The translations under genes and the position numbers were made by a program. The notes beneath the pieces were generated by a model. That model did no database searches, had not been told where the DNA came from, and saw only the letters and a program-made list of their open reading frames with translations. From Ginglymostoma cirratum (taxonomy: Eukaryota), in the NCBI GenBank assembly GCA_024137785.1, contig JAHRHZ010000282.1, forward strand, positions 1 through 64,000: a DNA stretch of 64,000 nt. The letters run 5' to 3'. Numbering within the stretch: position 1 is the first letter of the stretch; every line of letters begins with the position of its first letter. Below, one piece after another: positions 39,110 through 50,109 of this stretch.

Positions 39110-40526
39110 AGATAGTAGAAACTGCCGATGCTGGAGAATCTGAGATAACATGGTGTAGAGCTGGATGAACACAGCAGGCCAAGCAGCATCAGAGGAGCAG
39201 GAAAGTTGACGTTTCGGGTCTAGACCCTTCTTCAGAAATGGAGGACGGGAAGGGGATTCTGAAATAAAGAGGGAGAGAGGGGGAGGCGAATAGAAAATGG
39301 ATAAAGGAGAAGATATTTGGAGAGGAGACAGATGGGTCAAAGAGGCGGGGTTGGAGCCAGTAAAGGTGAGTTTAGGTGGGGAGCTAGGGAGGTGATAGGT
39401 CGGTCCAGGAAGGATGGACAGGTCAAGGGGGGGGGGGGGCGGGATGAGGCGAGTACGGAGGAGATGGGGTGGGGATGGAGTTGGTAGGAGTGTATATTTG
39501 CGAGGAAGGACAGGTTAGGGAAGCGGGGATGATCTGGGCTGATTTCGGAATGCGTTCGGGGGAGGGGAGATTTAAAAGCTTGTGAAGTCCACATTGATAC
39601 CATTGGGCTGCAGGGTTCCCAAACGAAATATGAGGTGCTGTTCCTGCAACCTTCAGGTGGCATCGTTGTGGCACTGCAGCAGGCCCATGATGGACATGTC
39701 CTCTAAGAAGTGGTAGGAGGAGTTGAAATGGTTCGCAACTGGGAGGTGCAGTACCTGTTTGTTGCGAACCAAGTGTAAGTGTTCCACAAAGCGGTCCCCA
39801 AACCTCTGCTTGGTTTCCGCAATGTAGAGGAGGCCACATCGGGAATATCGTGGCCTCCTCTACATTGGGGACACCAAGCAGAGGTTTGGGGACGGCTTTG
39901 TGAAACACCTATGCTCGGTTCGCAACAAGCAACTGCACCTCCCTATCGTGAACAATTTCAACTCTCCCTTCCACTCCTTGGACGACAAGTCCATCCTGGG
40001 CTTCTTGCAGTGCCACAACTATACCACTCGAAGGTTGCAGGAAGAGTATTTCGCTTCGGAACCCTGCCGCCCAATGATATCAAAGTGGACTTCAATCGCT
40101 TCAAAATCTTCCCTCCCCTGACCGCATCCCAAAACCAGCCCAGCTCGTCCCCGCCTCCCTAACCTGTCCTCCCTCCTATACACTCCTCCCACCTCAAGCC
40201 CCAATCTCATCTCGTACCCACGAGCCTCGTCCCGTCTCCTTGACCTGTCCCTCCTCCCTGGACTGACCTATCCCCTCCCTAATTCCCTACCAACACTCAC
40301 CTTTACTGGCTCCAACCCCGTCTCGTTGTCCTGTCTGTCTCCTCTCCACTTATCTTCTCCTTTATCCATCCTCTATTGGCCTCCCCCTCTCTCCCTCTTT
40401 ATTTCAGAATCCCCTTCCCCTCCCCCATTTCTGAAGAAGGGTCTCGACCCGAAACGTCAGCTCTCCTGCTCCTCTGATGCTGCTTGGCCTGCTGTGTTCA
40501 TCCAGCTCTGCACCTTGCTATCTCAG
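39110..40526. mobile_element. Two Penelope-like 3' fragments in head-to-head inverted orientation
   Basis: Left arm (minus) 39140-39837 and right arm (plus) 39850-40526 are reverse complements, each beginning at the GLLYIG GIY-YIG region; 12-nt centre. Confidence 0.85.
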
Positions 40527-43500
40527 GGAACAAAGAACTTGTGCATGTTCGTTCAGAAACAACTGGAGTAGTGCCGTGGTAGACTTTTTCTCAGTTACAC
40601 ATTCAAATGTGCTCTCACTTATTTTGAGTGATAGTCTTACAATGGACAATTAATATAATAACATTAACCTTGCTCACATTTCGCTGAAGAAAGACATTAC
40701 CTTCCTGCTTCGGTCTTCCAACCAGGTGAATCATAGTATTTCACTTTTGGGACACACACGTTTTAAATTGTTTGCTTCATCCATCTCGCAAAATATGACG
40801 TTGTGATTTTATCATTGGGTCCACTGACTGTCGACACTGAGCCAAGCCTTTTCTCAAAAGTTTCTGTTTCTGTTTTACTGATATTTCTCAGTTCGAATGT
40901 TATTTTAAGAGTCTATTTACTACTGCATTTGCGTTCATATATGCATATTTTAGTGCCTAAGACTTGAAAACTGCTTAAATATTTCCAAAAATTACAGTCG
41001 AACTTTGGGAAAACACAGTTATGAAACGTGGGATGTCAATGTGACAGGGATCACGAAACACAAAGTTTTGTCACGTTAAATCTGAAAACTCCTTGATTTG
41101 ATCAGATCAATCATAAATGCGGGAAGGGAGTTCAAGTGCTGAAGTTCGTGGTCAGAACTTCTGATGCAGAAACAGTTGACCAATGTCAATGTTTAATATA
41201 ACGACCAAAGGGTAATATCAGGTTAATGAGTGATTGGAAGACGGCTGAAAAGTAAAATGCCAAATTCATTGACAACACAGACACGGTTGATGCAATGCAG
41301 GAAGACTCATACTCCAGTGGAATAGCAAAAGAGATACAGACAGAGTGAAACATTACAAGTGGTATGTAATGTTGCAGGTACAATTAAGACACCTCAGGGT
41401 GCAATATCGACCCAAATAGAGTCGAATGCAGTAAACGACATTTGATTATATCGTGCCATTGACACTGTTTGGAGAAACAACAAATAAATAGAACCCGATT
41501 TGATAGAAGTAGAGATATGGTGCAGCTTATTGTAAACCGATACAGGGTGCAGAGTAATATCAGCAAAATATGACACAAGTGATGCAGTCAAATTAAGTGT
41601 GAACAATGACACGTCTATCATAGTACTATCTGATGCAGCGTGCAGTCTCATTGGAAATAAATTGATCGACAGTTTGAGCGATGGCCAGTTGTTACACAAA
41701 TATTAATAGGATCACGTGCATTTATTAATTGTGGGCTCAGTCTGTTTATCAAGGAAGCACGGACTAGTCCAAAGACAACAACCATGACCTGGAGAAATCT
41801 TAAGTGGAACAGATCATACATATATGTATAATAAGTTAGATAGAGTACCAGAAAAGTCTTGGCGCATCAACGCTGTAACACTGGCATCAAAGGAGATAGA
41901 GCTTGTAAAATAATGCTTAGTGCCTGGGAAAGTACACTGGAGGCACAGCAATAACATTATATTGAGTTGACAGATGTTAGCAAAATAATAATGAGGACTG
42001 GCAACTCACTAACTAAGAGAGAGCCACATCTATAATTCAAAATATTTACGTTTGTTCCTATACTAATCAAAATTTGTGAATAGACCAAAAGAAGCTCACT
42101 TATGTTCCAATTTTCTATGTTCCTGCAATGCATCAAGTAGATGGTATTACTTCTCTTACTGAGTATCTGTTATGCAGGGATTGAACATTTCTGGAGGCAT
42201 TGCACATCAACCTTTTTCCGAGATGATATCGAGTTTCTTGAGTCAAATTGGAATTTTACTCATCTAGGTCACTCCATGATCCATGAGAAGATCAACTACC
42301 ATCATAGGAAATGGCAGTACAAGCTCGAGGTTGGAATATCCTTTTGTGCTTCTAAATTTTATGTTCGTGCATGATGAGTGATGATGTATTCTCTGTCCAA
42401 AACTGGGACAAGCAACAGTTAATATCCTTCTAACGAGTTTGAATAAGTTGGCTTTCTTTTTTACGCTAAACATGGAAACGGGATGTGACTGAACAGAAAT
42501 ATTTTAAATGGTGAACTAGTTAAGTGAAATGAATTCGGAAAATCGATCTTGTGCGTGACTCCATGACAAAAAGCCATGAATACCAAAGTTTACTAAAAGA
42601 GCAGACAGCGATATTAAGATTAGTACACTCATAAAAAAGACACATTGGAGCAGAATAGAACACGACAGAATGGGAAAGGCCGAGAGGGTTACATGGCAGT
42701 GCTCATTATCGGAAAGCAGAGGGGGGCTAATGTGACGTAAAAACACTAGCGCTGTCAAGTTGGGCAAGTTTCCTTTCCCTGCTGCGAAAGTTGTGCATGT
42801 TATAAATTTCAGAGGAAACTCGTCCCAGAGAACACGGGAGAGAACCAGACAATGTTGTGGAGGGAACTGAAATTGTCGGAGACGCTGAAGAGGCAGCTCC
42901 CAGTAAGTAACTGTAAAACCACAGCGGAACCTGCACAAACTGAAACCAAACGACATCTGAGAGACTTTGGGACAAGCTTCCATGATGGCAGAAACCACAA
43001 GTAGAACAAACTAATTGTAGAAATAAAATGGAACAGACTGTGAAAATTTGCATTAATTTGAAATTAATACAGTCGTGCACCTTGATAGCCAAAACGTAAG
43101 TTCAAAAAAAAACTAATAGAACATTCCCGAAAGTATTGATCTGTCAAAATTATTGATCTTTGGAAGTCGATATTCAATTTGAGTGAATTTATGCTTTTGG
43201 TTAGATCTTCCTGGGAGCAGTGACAGAACCGAACTAGGTCATGCTTGGAAACATGGATTTTGGAAAGTAAATGTCTCATTTATGTCAGAATGTTTATTAA
43301 CATTCATCTTCATTTCATAAAAGAAAGTGAAAATTAAAATCATGAAGTCGTAGAGCACAGAGGAATGCTATTTGACTATCTATGTACATCCTCTATGAAG
43401 GCAGAAACCAACTAGTTCTGAAACTTTTGCTGTTTTCCAATAGTCCAATGTACTTTTGCATTTCCTGTTCCAATGATTATCCAATTAGAACACACAAGTT

Positions 43501-43782
43501 ATTGATGAATCTGCTGAGAATAACCGCCCCTTACATAAAACGTAATAGGACATCTCTTTTACTGATTGATTTCCCATTAAAGCGTGTAAAATTCAGCAAG
43601 TTACATAAGACACTAGTTTACATGAAAAGCAGAATTCTTCCAATGAATCAGACTTTTTTAGATAACCAGTGCATTGCCGAAAAATAAATGCGATTTAACA
43701 TGCAGAATTTGACCACAAACCATCCCACGCTCATCACCCCAACCCCGGGCTCACAGTTCAGCTGTAAAAACCTCTGCTAACA

Positions 43783-44111
43783 TGATTTTATGCCGCTCTG
43801 TCAGTGCTCTGCGTCTATACCCCTCACCAAGTTCAGACTTTTGGAGAGCTCTCTCTGTGTCACTATGTCTGTAATCGCACCATGTTCATGTTCTTATTCA
43901 TCTCTTTCCCTGCTCTGTATCACTGTGCCTGTAATCTCCACCATGTTCAGCTTTTTAAACAGCTCTCACAGTGCTCTGTGCCACTGTGTGTCTGTAATTC
44001 CAGCATCTCCAGGTTTTTGTACAGGTCTCTCTGAGCTCTGTATCACTGTGTTGGTAGTCCCCACCATGTTCAGGTTCTTGTGAATCTCTCTCCGCGCTCT
44101 ATATCACTGTG
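43783..44111 (-). repeat. Tandem array of 23-RSS units with ~61-bp period, 3' of the supporting V-delta
   Basis: Heptamers at 44105, 44044, 43982, 43921 (all CACAGTG) and 43861 (CATAGTG). The first four have exact 23-bp spacers and nonamers ACAAGAACC, ACAAAAACC, TTAAAAAGC, ATAAGAACA. Confidence 0.92.
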
Positions 44112-44400
44112 TGTGCTGAGCGCCGTCTCCATGCACAGTAATAAACAGCAGAATCACTCAGTTGTGTTCGAGAGATTATTAATCGACCGATTTTCGCCTC
44201 AGGATCAATAAAAGCAGAAATTCTTCCCTCAGAAACAGAAGTGCCTGTTTGAAGAAGGAATTTCGGAGCCTGTCCTGGAGACTGACTATACCAGTAAACT
44301 GTGTACTGACACAACCCTGAATATTCAGAGCTTAAAGTAACAGTGTCACCAGCAAAAGGGGTTTGCAGAGGTGGACTCTTGGACAGCAGGTAGTCGGAAT
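44112..44400 (-). CDS. NAR-TCR supporting V-delta segment (leaderless, CDR1 Cys; first canonical Cys is Ser)
   Basis: cag|DSDYLLSKSPPLQTPFAGDTVTLSSEYSGLCQYTVYWYSQSPGQAPKFLLQTGTSVSEGRISAFIDPEAKIGRLIISRTQLSDSAVYYCAWRRRSA. Open frame, phase-compatible with the J donor at 47175, no leader exon seen. Confidence 0.85.
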
Positions 44401-44869
44401 CTGTGGAATGATATTCAACACCATTACTTATTCAGCCTCTGTTTCTTGGAGAAATTGTAAATCACCGGAATTGTTCTTTTTCTTGTGACAATTCAATTTG
44501 TTGATAGCCCATTTGAACCTATTGTGTTTTATCGAAGTAATAAGCTGATCAGGCGATGAAGTGACCCTTTGTTTTATTTATTTTATCCTAATGAAGAGCA
44601 ATACACTTTCAAAACTGGGGGTGGAAACTGATTCAGCTGTAAGTTTCAAATGGGCAATCGACAGCAGCAGAATCAGGCAGAAAGTACAGAGCTATGGGGA
44701 GTAAACAAGTACCATGGGAGCAATTGCAAAGGATTCTGAAGAGGACAGGAATCACATGGGAGCTGAATGGTGTCGGGAATGATTCTGTGATGCATGTTAT
44801 ACTTCTGCTTCTACTTATTCGACTGAAGGACAAGCCCGAGGGAACTTGTTATTCTATTTATTCTGTTGA

Positions 44870-45195
44870 CAGATTAATCCGAGGGAGCTTCTTAAAGTTA
44901 TGTTTAAAGCTGGAGGGCGAATGTTTAAGGTGAAATAGAAAAGATTTTTAACGGTCCTGAGGGGCATCTTTTGCACACAGAGAGTGGAGCGTATATGGAA
45001 TGAATTCCCAGGGTCAGTGTTCGAGGCAAGTGCAGTTAAAGCAATGAAAGCATATTTGGACAAGTAAATGAATGCTAAATGTTTAGAGGGACGCAGGCCA
45101 AACGCAGGCAAATGACATTCCTTCAGTTTGGGACACCTGGTCGGCATGGACCATTTGGATGAAAGCTTATATTTCAGAGCTGTATGACTCTATCA
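44870..45195 (+). mobile_element. CR1 3' end / CR1-derived SINE tail
   Basis: TTTGCACACAGAGAGTGG..TGGAATGA..GGTCGGCATGGAC..CTGTATGACTCTAT typical CR1 3' UTR. Confidence 0.6.
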
Positions 45196-47175
45196 CGCTA
45201 TAATCAATTTCCACAATTAAATGTCCAAAAGTCAACCAACTGTTTTGCACCGATATGCACGTGTTTGATCAGCAGCGATTAGCTCAATCATTTCCCGCAG
45301 TTTAACTTTTCACAGGAGATTCTACCCGAGTTTTGATCTACATTATATTTTATTTGCAAATCAGATCACTTTCTTATCCGTTTACCACCAACGTGCATAA
45401 TTTTCGATCAGTATTGTTTTATTTCTGCTTTTCCTTTGTCCTTTTTTCTTTTCTTGCAATCGTGGCAGTCGGTGCCAACATCGTTCAGTCATCGTTTGTG
45501 TTTAGTCTTTATTGTTTCCTGCGGGTTTTTGCTGTTACTGATGGGATCTCCCCTCCAGCTCTCCCTTAGTTTCAATTCTTTGAAAAGATTTATTCCCTGT
45601 TGGGTACTTTGGAGATTTTTCTGTTTTTATTTTGCATTAAATATTAAGACAAGAGTCAGGTCAATCGGCCCCAGTGATTTTCCCGCCTCAGCCTGAAATC
45701 TAATTTACATTGTCCATCCAGCATGCTGCATAGGTGTATTCTGTTCTCCTCCCTGCATTTTCAAAACCTTCCATTAATGACACAATAGAATGTGCTCCAA
45801 TCTCTCATGAAACAAGTTCTACATTCTGCCATCTCATTTTATATATTTCTCCACATTCATGACTTGACTTATTCTGTTATTGAGCATGATATATTAATGT
45901 TTCGAATATCTTGGTTCCGTCTCATTCACCCCATTCACTAGATCATGGTACGAAGATGTCTAAGAAGCCTCGTGGTACTTCCTTGGTTCTCACAGAAGAG
46001 AGCGACCCATCGAAAATTGTTAGGCTTTGGGCCTCCGCTATCTTCTGAATTACAGAATGCCACAGAGTCATCACAATGGCTTGACTGAATTATTTCATGT
46101 CTTGTCAGTTATATTTACCGATCTCTTAATCTCAAACTGTGACCCCTTTGTCTAATTTTTAGCGCGGATAAATTCCACTGAACAGCTCTCCCATAACAAT
46201 TGCATATGTTTAAATTAGATAACTTTTCCTTCTTCTATACGCCGAGCAATGCAGCTCAGACTTCGCAATCACTTCACAAAGGAGAACAATGTTATCTTCA
46301 GTGACTGCATGATGAATCTTCGCTGCACTTGCTCCAAAATAATCCATCCTCAAGTAAGGCGAGCAAACTTTTATCTACAATTCCAGGCTGGAACACATTC
46401 CAGCCCTTCCCTCCATAGACCTCACAAAACACCCTGGTGAGGGGTTGTACTTTGATTTATGGCCCAGAAATTGTCATAAATTCCTTTTGAGGAACTTTTA
46501 CTTTCTGGTTCCAAATGAGTATTTCTTCAGTTTGCATTGGTTACCTTCAGCAGCTACACTGCAGCAAAGCGATGTCTCAAAAAACTGTATTTAAGATAAA
46601 AACGGGCTTACAGTTTTACATCCATGTCTAAGGATGGAATGTTAGGAATATGATTGGCTATATGAAAGCATATAGAAAAACTATTGAAAAAATGCCATAT
46701 CGATCATAAGTCTCAATGGTTCCCCAATGAAGAAAATTCATCTTGACATACAGCTGGATCACGAATGCATCATGATTGCTGAGTGATGCTTTCAATTTTT
46801 TCGTGAGGCAAATGTTTTTATCATGTTTTCCCACCTGGGACCTTACACGGACTTTAATTCCTGCCCCGGAGCTCCATGATGCCACTCCTCTGACCTAAAC
46901 GATACACTGTGCCCCTTCGGTCACTGGTTACTGTTGACTGTGAGACTAATAATGCCCGACATGCAGTGAAATAGTCGACTCGTCGCCACGTTTCATAGTC
47001 TTCCGCCTGAGCAAAGTGGGACCCAGCTCCCCTATTCTACTTACAATTCAGACACTGCAATGCAGATGTTTTTTCCAAAATGTTTGTTTTAATTTCTATG
47101 CAATTAAAGTTCACCGTAATAAACTGAACATTCACCACGACAATGCATAGAAAGGCGAAGAGCGGACTGACTTAC

Positions 47176-47225
47176 CAGCGGTGACAATCAGCACCGACCC
47201 GGATCCATCTACATACTCAAAATAT
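47176..47225 (-). CDS. NAR-TCR J segment
   Basis: YFEYVDGSGSVLIVTA-G|gtaagt, with the NAR-type DGxG motif instead of FGxG. Confidence 0.88.
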
Positions 47226-47264
47226 CACAGTAATTCTCCTCTCAGTCTCCCCTGTACAAAACCA
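47226..47264 (-). promoter_or_regulatory. J RSS (22/23-bp spacer)
   Basis: Plus-strand reading CACAGTA - 23 bp - ACAAAACCA (or 22 bp - TACAAAACC). Confidence 0.85.
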
Positions 47265-47590
47265 ATGCTACCTCAAAGAGAAATGGAATCACCATCACGC
47301 CGTTTGAATAGTTCATTTATTTTGGAGATTCAGAGAAATAACCAATACTCTACGTGTCCAAGTTTTCTTTGATTCAAGCTCAATTTCTGACCTTATTGCA
47401 AATAGTGCAGAGTACAGGAAGCAGACGTTCACTTCACACAAATGGAGGAGAATCGAAAAAAAAATTTGTTGCTGGAGAGTGAATGTAAATTAACCCATGC
47501 TACAACGGAGGGAATTTCAGGCCCTCAATTGACGATAGGGGTGGAGAATTTATGTATTATCAATCCAGAGAAATTTCGTTGGCTTCCTCT

Positions 47591-47620
47591 CACTGTGCAT
47601 TCTCCCAATCTTACACCATG
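47591..47620 (-). other. Candidate NAR-TCR D segment (core 47598-47613, TAAGATTGGGAGAATG)
   Basis: Flanked by CATGGTG and CACAGTG heptamers, midway between V and J. Nonamers at 11-12 bp are weak. Confidence 0.55.
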
Positions 47621-47957
47621 CTCCAAGCCTGTGTAAATGTTCTTAGAACTGATGTGGGGACATTACTGAAACAGCTGGAATGTATTTATGGATTCCAGTT
47701 GTTAGAACAAGATCCCGGCTCGTGTGAGCATCCTTTAAGTGTGGTCAGTCTGTCTGAATTTGCAATCACCCACAGTAATCCTGGTAAAGACTTCGCCATC
47801 TGAATATACTTAGAACCTGTGAAACTCAAGATACTGTTGACAGTTATCCAATCTCAGTATAAATTGGACTGTAGGGTAGACCTGCGAGGCAGAACTGTGG
47901 GAATTGCCAGAAGATTAATTTGGTTTTCAATTTGTTTCTGAGATGATCTCCAGGGAC

Positions 47958-47995
47958 AGATTTTGTGCGAAGTGCAGCCGAGGTCCATCACTGTG
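47958..47995 (-). promoter_or_regulatory. V RSS with 22-bp spacer
   Basis: CACAGTG - 22 bp - ACAAAATCT. Confidence 0.9.
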
Positions 47996-48472
47996 TCCGT
48001 CGTACTGAGCCTCACAGTAATAGGTGGCAGTGTCTTCAACTCTGATATCCCGAATTTCCAACGAAAATGTCTTTTGTGCTTCATTCGTGGACACAACAAA
48101 CCTCCCGCCGCTGGTGATCCGCTCCCACTCCTTCGCTGTCCGCGTTTTTTTGAAGAAATGTCCACGCCTGAAATAATCATCTGAATAGGGACTACTAAAC
48201 TCACAGTTGATGCTGACGGACTGGCACTCCTTCGCCGTCACTGTTGCCGGGCTCTGTGTAACTGACTGACTGAAATAACCTGGATATTAAACAGAGCGAG
48301 CCGAGTGAGAATTAGAAGAAATCATCACTAATAGGTTAAAATCCCAAGCTGTGTCTGCGATTCTGACGAGCTCAGGCAGTAATGTAATTTTAATTACACA
48401 CCATGTCGGTTTCTGTGATCAGTACTTACTGGGTAAACAGAGACACAGGATCAAAACAAGAAGATTATCCAT
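47996..48472 (-). CDS. NAR-TCR (IgNAR-like) V segment (leader 48472-48430, V exon 48279-47996)
   Basis: MDNLLVLILCLCLP|SYFSQSVTQSPATVTAKECQSVSINCEFSSPYSDDYFRRGHFFKKTRTAKEWERITSGGRFVVSTNEAQKTFSLEIRDIRVEDTATYYCEAQYDG. NAR-type ERI..GGR with CDR2 deleted, extra FR1 Cys, intact splice sites. Confidence 0.9.
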
Positions 48473-48685
48473 CGTTCCGTGCTTGGAGTTGATGGTTTTG
48501 GTGATGGGAAACAACAGACTACTCTCCGAGACTGGGTCGTGATCTGCAATGAATTGGTGTAGGAGAATGGATTTGACTTGCATTTATCGGTGTCCGTTGA
48601 GGTGATTGATGGGCCAATGGATTCAGGGTCTCTGGAATTGCCTTATCTGAATAAACGGTCGGTTTTAAACAGCGAACCTCGAGTT

Positions 48686-48693
48686 TTACGTCA
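48686..48693 (-). promoter_or_regulatory. CRE/decamer-like element in the NAR-TCR V promoter
   Basis: AG-TGACGTAA about 215 bp upstream of the ATG, followed by TTTAAA. Confidence 0.5.
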
Positions 48694-50109
48694 CTTCATC
48701 AGCTGTGTGATCTGAATATGTAATCCCCTCTCACGTTGACTCAATACACTGGGGTGGAGGTGTGACTGAATGTGGGTGCATGTTCTGTCAGTAATTGTTG
48801 CAGTTCTCCTTGGTGCCGCATGAATGAGCTGGGCGCTTGGTCCGTTTTTCCATTGAGTGATATGTGTTGAGCAAAGAATGTGGAGGTGGGATTCCCGGAG
48901 AACCCAAAATCAACCTCCCCCACTCCACTGTGCCCACCACTATGTTCTATTACAACTTTCCCCGCCCAGTCCTCATTTTAGTTTATTGGTACTGATGATT
49001 ATTCAATATTGAGCAGGTTGATGGAACGTCGATCAAAGATCTGATCAGGAAAACTGTACCTCAAACAAGGCAGCTTCATTCAGGCTTGCAACTGATCACC
49101 AGATTACAAGATGATATAGTCCAGTGAGAATATAGTGGTGAACATATATAATTTACAAGACAAACAAACTTTCCCAGACATTTAAACAAACATTTTCTGC
49201 AACCCTTTCTGCCTGTTGGTATAATTTAAACCTCGAAAGATTTTATACGTTTGAATGAGATTATCGCCCGTTCTTCTAAACTGGAGAGAATACAGTCTGA
49301 CACTCTTCTGGGGGCAATCCGTCTGTTCCACTAACCGTTAGTGAAGCACCTTTGCTCTCCCTCTCTGTAACAGGGCCTGGTTCTGGTGGTGGAAACTTTT
49401 GTTTCTGAAAGAGTCTCATCTAAGACTTTATCAGTAAATAATGATGTGTGTCCTGCTGTGAATATCCACATGTCTGTTCTTTTCAGTTTTTTACGTTGCT
49501 GAGTTTTGTTATTTTCTTTTCCTGAAACCTCTGCTAAAACGTTTTCTGTGTGTAACTCTGAGATCCAGAGGAGTTTAAGTGTGTTAAAGCCAATTCTTAT
49601 ACATAGCAGGAGGATTCGACTAGTTCTCAGTTCGTATCAAATCAATAAAGAAGCTTTCACGATGTCTTTGAAATGTGACTGGAAGCATTCACAGAGACAG
49701 AAAGAGTTACTGTTCCGATTTCAACGAGTCTCCTTTGTAAACATGTTCTAACGATTCTGCCAGACATGCTAAATTGCAACAGCACTGCGATGTCATTATT
49801 TCAGATCTCCAGTATCTGCAGCAATTTGGGCTATGGACTTATGTACATGAAGCACCTTTTGCGGATACACTTCACTGCTGATTTTAAATAATGTACCATT
49901 GATGGCCGTGCATTCACCTGCCTGGACCCTGAAACCTGGAATTTCCTACCGAAATATTTGAAAACGTTTTACTTTGTTTTCCTCCCTGAAAACACTCCTT
50001 TTAACTGATAAATTTTGCCAAGTTTTGGGTCATGTGATTTTATATGGTCCTAAGATCCCGCGAAGCTCTAACACATTTTGTTAGATTAAAACTTCAGTCT
50101 TTAAGTGTT

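Noticed and set aside
41280-41620. Faint V-like phrases and a CACAAGTG
   Set aside because: No recoverable Cys/Trp/YxC framework; cannot be supported.
42141-42374. Signal-peptide-like ORF MVLLLLLSICYAG
   Set aside because: No GT donor after the leader-like part and no Ig domain follows.
43752-43772. Plus-strand CACAGTT..GTAAAAACC next to the RSS ladder
   Set aside because: Only a 5-bp spacer; not a valid 12- or 23-RSS.
43783-44111. CRISPR-like repeat-spacer appearance of the 61-bp array
   Set aside because: Eukaryotic context with no cas genes; the conserved parts are RSS heptamers and nonamers.
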